A stretch of DNA of 50,127 bases from Polymyxa betae A26-41 (lineage: Eukaryota > Protista > Endomyxa: Phytomyxea). The stretch is from assembly GCA_003693705.1 (NCBI GenBank), contig RBZT01000816.1:1-50127 (forward strand), in the 5' to 3' direction. The translations under genes were made by a program, and so were the position numbers. The notes beneath the pieces are model-generated. The model saw only the letters and a program-made list of their open reading frames with translations. It was not told the origin of the DNA and did no database searches. This document shows, piece by piece, positions 47,969 through 50,127 of the stretch. Every line of letters starts with the position of its first letter. Position 1 is the stretch's first letter.

Positions 47969-48772
47969 ATGACCGCCATGATGGCCGCATGCGTACCGAC
48001 CCAGCTCGATAACTTGCCCTGCGATCCTGATCTTAGATTACAATGCGGATTGGCGTAGTCGGGCTCAAAGAGGCTACCGAATGCGGCGTCTTTGTCGGGC
48101 ATCTTTTCTGCTGAAGCGCTGCGTGAAGCTGCGGACGCGGACCTGGCCAACGAGCTCGTCGCCGATCTGCCCGCCTTTCCCGACCTCAGTTTCCTGACAG
48201 CAATTCGGACGCCGCTGGGCGCCGCTTGCTTTTACGATTGTATGCTCGTGTGCGAGGAAACTTCCGAAAACGTCACTGGGACAGTAGGCGACATTCATTC
48301 TGATCTGTCCTTCGAAGGTCTGTCAGTAGTATCAACCGACTTCTAACCCTAACCCTAATACTTCACAGATATTGCTGTTCCTCTTGTTGTCAAAGATTAT
48401 CGTGTATGCTACTCCGTATTTGCAATGTTTTAGTCCACACTTTTAACAATTTGTTCATACAGTGCCTGCCCTGCGCCGCCGTCCTTTGGCTGCTTAGCAA
48501 AGTGGTCAGTGAATGTTCCGAAGCGCGTAACTGCAAGTTATTAATTGTGTCAGCGATACCGGAAGGCATTCGGCTCAATCCGCAAGTAATTCGGATCAAT
48601 ACTGATTAGGGTTTGGTTTCAGTTGTGTCATCGCCTCCCCAGGCCTAGTTGGCGAGCCTTCAGTGCTCGTTTCCTCGCCATCGTTTCAGTCATTTCGCCA
48701 TTCTTATCCTGCTTGATACTCTCAATCGTCTGTATCGTGCTGCTAATTGTAATATGTTTCAAACAATTGTAG
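47969..48772 (+). CDS. Hypothetical tail-anchored membrane protein (start uncertain)
   Basis: Exons join through GT-AG introns to a last exon ending FLAIVSVISPFLSCLILSIVCIVLLIVICFKQL-TAG. No known domain. Confidence 0.45.
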
Positions 48773-49304
48773 AGTTCCGCTTTAGGCTCTGTGAACTTTT
48801 ATAAGACCGTCATCTGACTAAAGGGGACTGGATAATTTCAAGTCCTCTGGCGTTGTGAGGTCTCACTCAAATGTAGAACTGAGGCTATCACTTTTGGACA
48901 GCTCACAGCGGTTAGCTAGCTCATCCGACCGGTATAATGCGATACTTCCAGCAAATGCATATTGGCGCCAAGAACCTTGATTGCACTCTATATACCACAT
49001 TGTATTTGAGGTCAAGATTCATTCACAGACATGTACGTACGTACTCCTATATATTGTGTGATGCGCCTTGAACCAACGCCATCTCTAGATTGAAACATGG
49101 CCGAGAGACCCAAAACAAGCTCTTCCAGTTGTCTCAAGACGCTATCATCTCACTTTGCTCCAGACATTGAGGATTGCATCTTGATAATTCTAGTTACGTT
49201 TTGTTTTGGTCTAGCATATATGTGAAGAGGGACTTTAGAAAAAGGTAGAAATGTTGTCAAGCCCTTTCGGCCTGTAAAAAAAGGAGCCCCAGAAACAAAA
49301 AAGA

Positions 49305-49389
49305 TGTGTTCGACGGGATTCGAACCCGCGCCCCGCGAACGAGACTAGCGCCTTAAGCTAGCGCCTTGGACCAACTCGGCCACAAACAC
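49305..49389 (-). tRNA. trnL: tRNA-Leu(AAG)
   Basis: GTGTTTG/CGAACAC acceptor, CTAGC-TTAAGGC-GCTAG anticodon arm, long variable arm, GCGGG-TTCGAAT-CCCGT, oligo-T downstream. Confidence 0.93.
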
Positions 49390-49629
49390 ATAATTTTTTA
49401 TATTACACGGGAGCGTGTTCTAAACTGCTGGAATACGTTTGAAGCAGTGAGTGTATTTCATAGAATGCAATTGGAAGGCAATGCTTCGGGTTGCAGTAAC
49501 GTGAATCGACGCTCTCGATATCTCAAGATTGGTCTAACAGCGCTCATAACGCTAACATTAGGTATCTGGTGAAGATGGTGGTAATTACAGAGCTAGGTCG
49601 GTCTGCACGGTCCCGCCTGAGACTTGATT

Positions 49630-49665
49630 GGTCCGGTCCGGTCTTGGACCTTACCGGACCGGACC
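49630..49665. repeat. Perfect 13-bp inverted repeat (hairpin)
   Basis: GGTCCGGTCCGGT-cttggacctt-ACCGGACCGGACC. Confidence 0.8.
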
Positions 49666-49932
49666 CTGCCCAGGTCTACTTCGTCCAACGCAGGCCTCAC
49701 ATCCTGGGAGCTATCATTCGCGTGACTGGCCTCTAGAGCCTTAAGACCGAGCAGAAATTTCCGACTCCAAATCGAGTAATTCGGCTGTTATCCCATTGAA
49801 AGCAGCACAACAGATGTTGGGACGAGAAGGAATTGAAAGTTTTGTTAGAATATGTATTAGAATATGTATTTCGATGTTGCATATTCAAAAGTTAACTTGG
49901 AGGTGATTCGGGTTTTGGGCTCCAACAAAAGA

Positions 49933-50017
49933 TGTGTTCGACGGGATTCGAACCCGCGCCCCGCGAACGAGACCAGCGCCTTAAACTAGCGCCTTGGACC
50001 AACTCGGCCACAAATAC
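49933..50017 (-). tRNA. trnL: tRNA-Leu(AAG), second copy with 3 substitutions
   Basis: Near-identical to 49305-49389, but with an A3-C70 mismatch and two G-U pairs in the anticodon stem. Confidence 0.82.
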
Positions 50018-50127
50018 ATAACTTGAGGCATCTGGAGATGATGGTGGTGAACTACAGAGATTGAACGTAATTGCTAAAAGCATTTGATCGAAAAACATAC
50101 TTCATAAGAGCATCCACAGCGGTTGCG

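Noticed and set aside
1-50127. Alternative nuclear genetic code (UGA=Trp)
   Set aside because: Conserved Trp codons checked in ELP3 and YOP1 are TGG, and TGA terminates ADH and ELP3 at the expected C-termini.

Overview
Gene-dense eukaryotic nuclear DNA with short GT-AG introns (typically 45-280 nt), read in the standard genetic code. A TTLL tubulin glutamylase, plant-type (T)TTAGGG telomere-like words, an ankyrin gene and secreted orphan families suggest a flagellated protist, possibly a plasmodiophorid/Phytomyxea; this is inference and cannot be confirmed here. Conserved genes: Mia40-like, CAD-type alcohol dehydrogenase, METTL2/6, YOP1/REEP, TTLL, SYF2, ELP3, a transmembrane RING-H2 ligase, and four tRNAs (Trp, intron-containing Tyr, 2x Leu). 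Most notable: (1) a tandem pair of CHASE hybrid histidine kinases resembling plant cytokinin receptors, both lacking the phospho-acceptor His; (2) about 10 telomere-repeat motifs found only in introns and 5' regions, some sitting on splice signals; (3) an intronless phage/giant-virus-type pyrimidine-dimer glycosylase with an NLS-like tail, head-to-head with ELP3, plus a decayed second copy; (4) a convergent pair of paralogous orphan type-I membrane proteins, one with an ecto-pseudokinase; (5) a membrane-anchored, apparently inactive alginate-lyase-fold protein; (6) unusual fusions or variants (cyclophilin-like+SYF2, NELF-A-CTD-like+chromodomain, Mia40 with CPSC). All gene models were spliced by eye and all family calls come from remembered motifs, not database searches.
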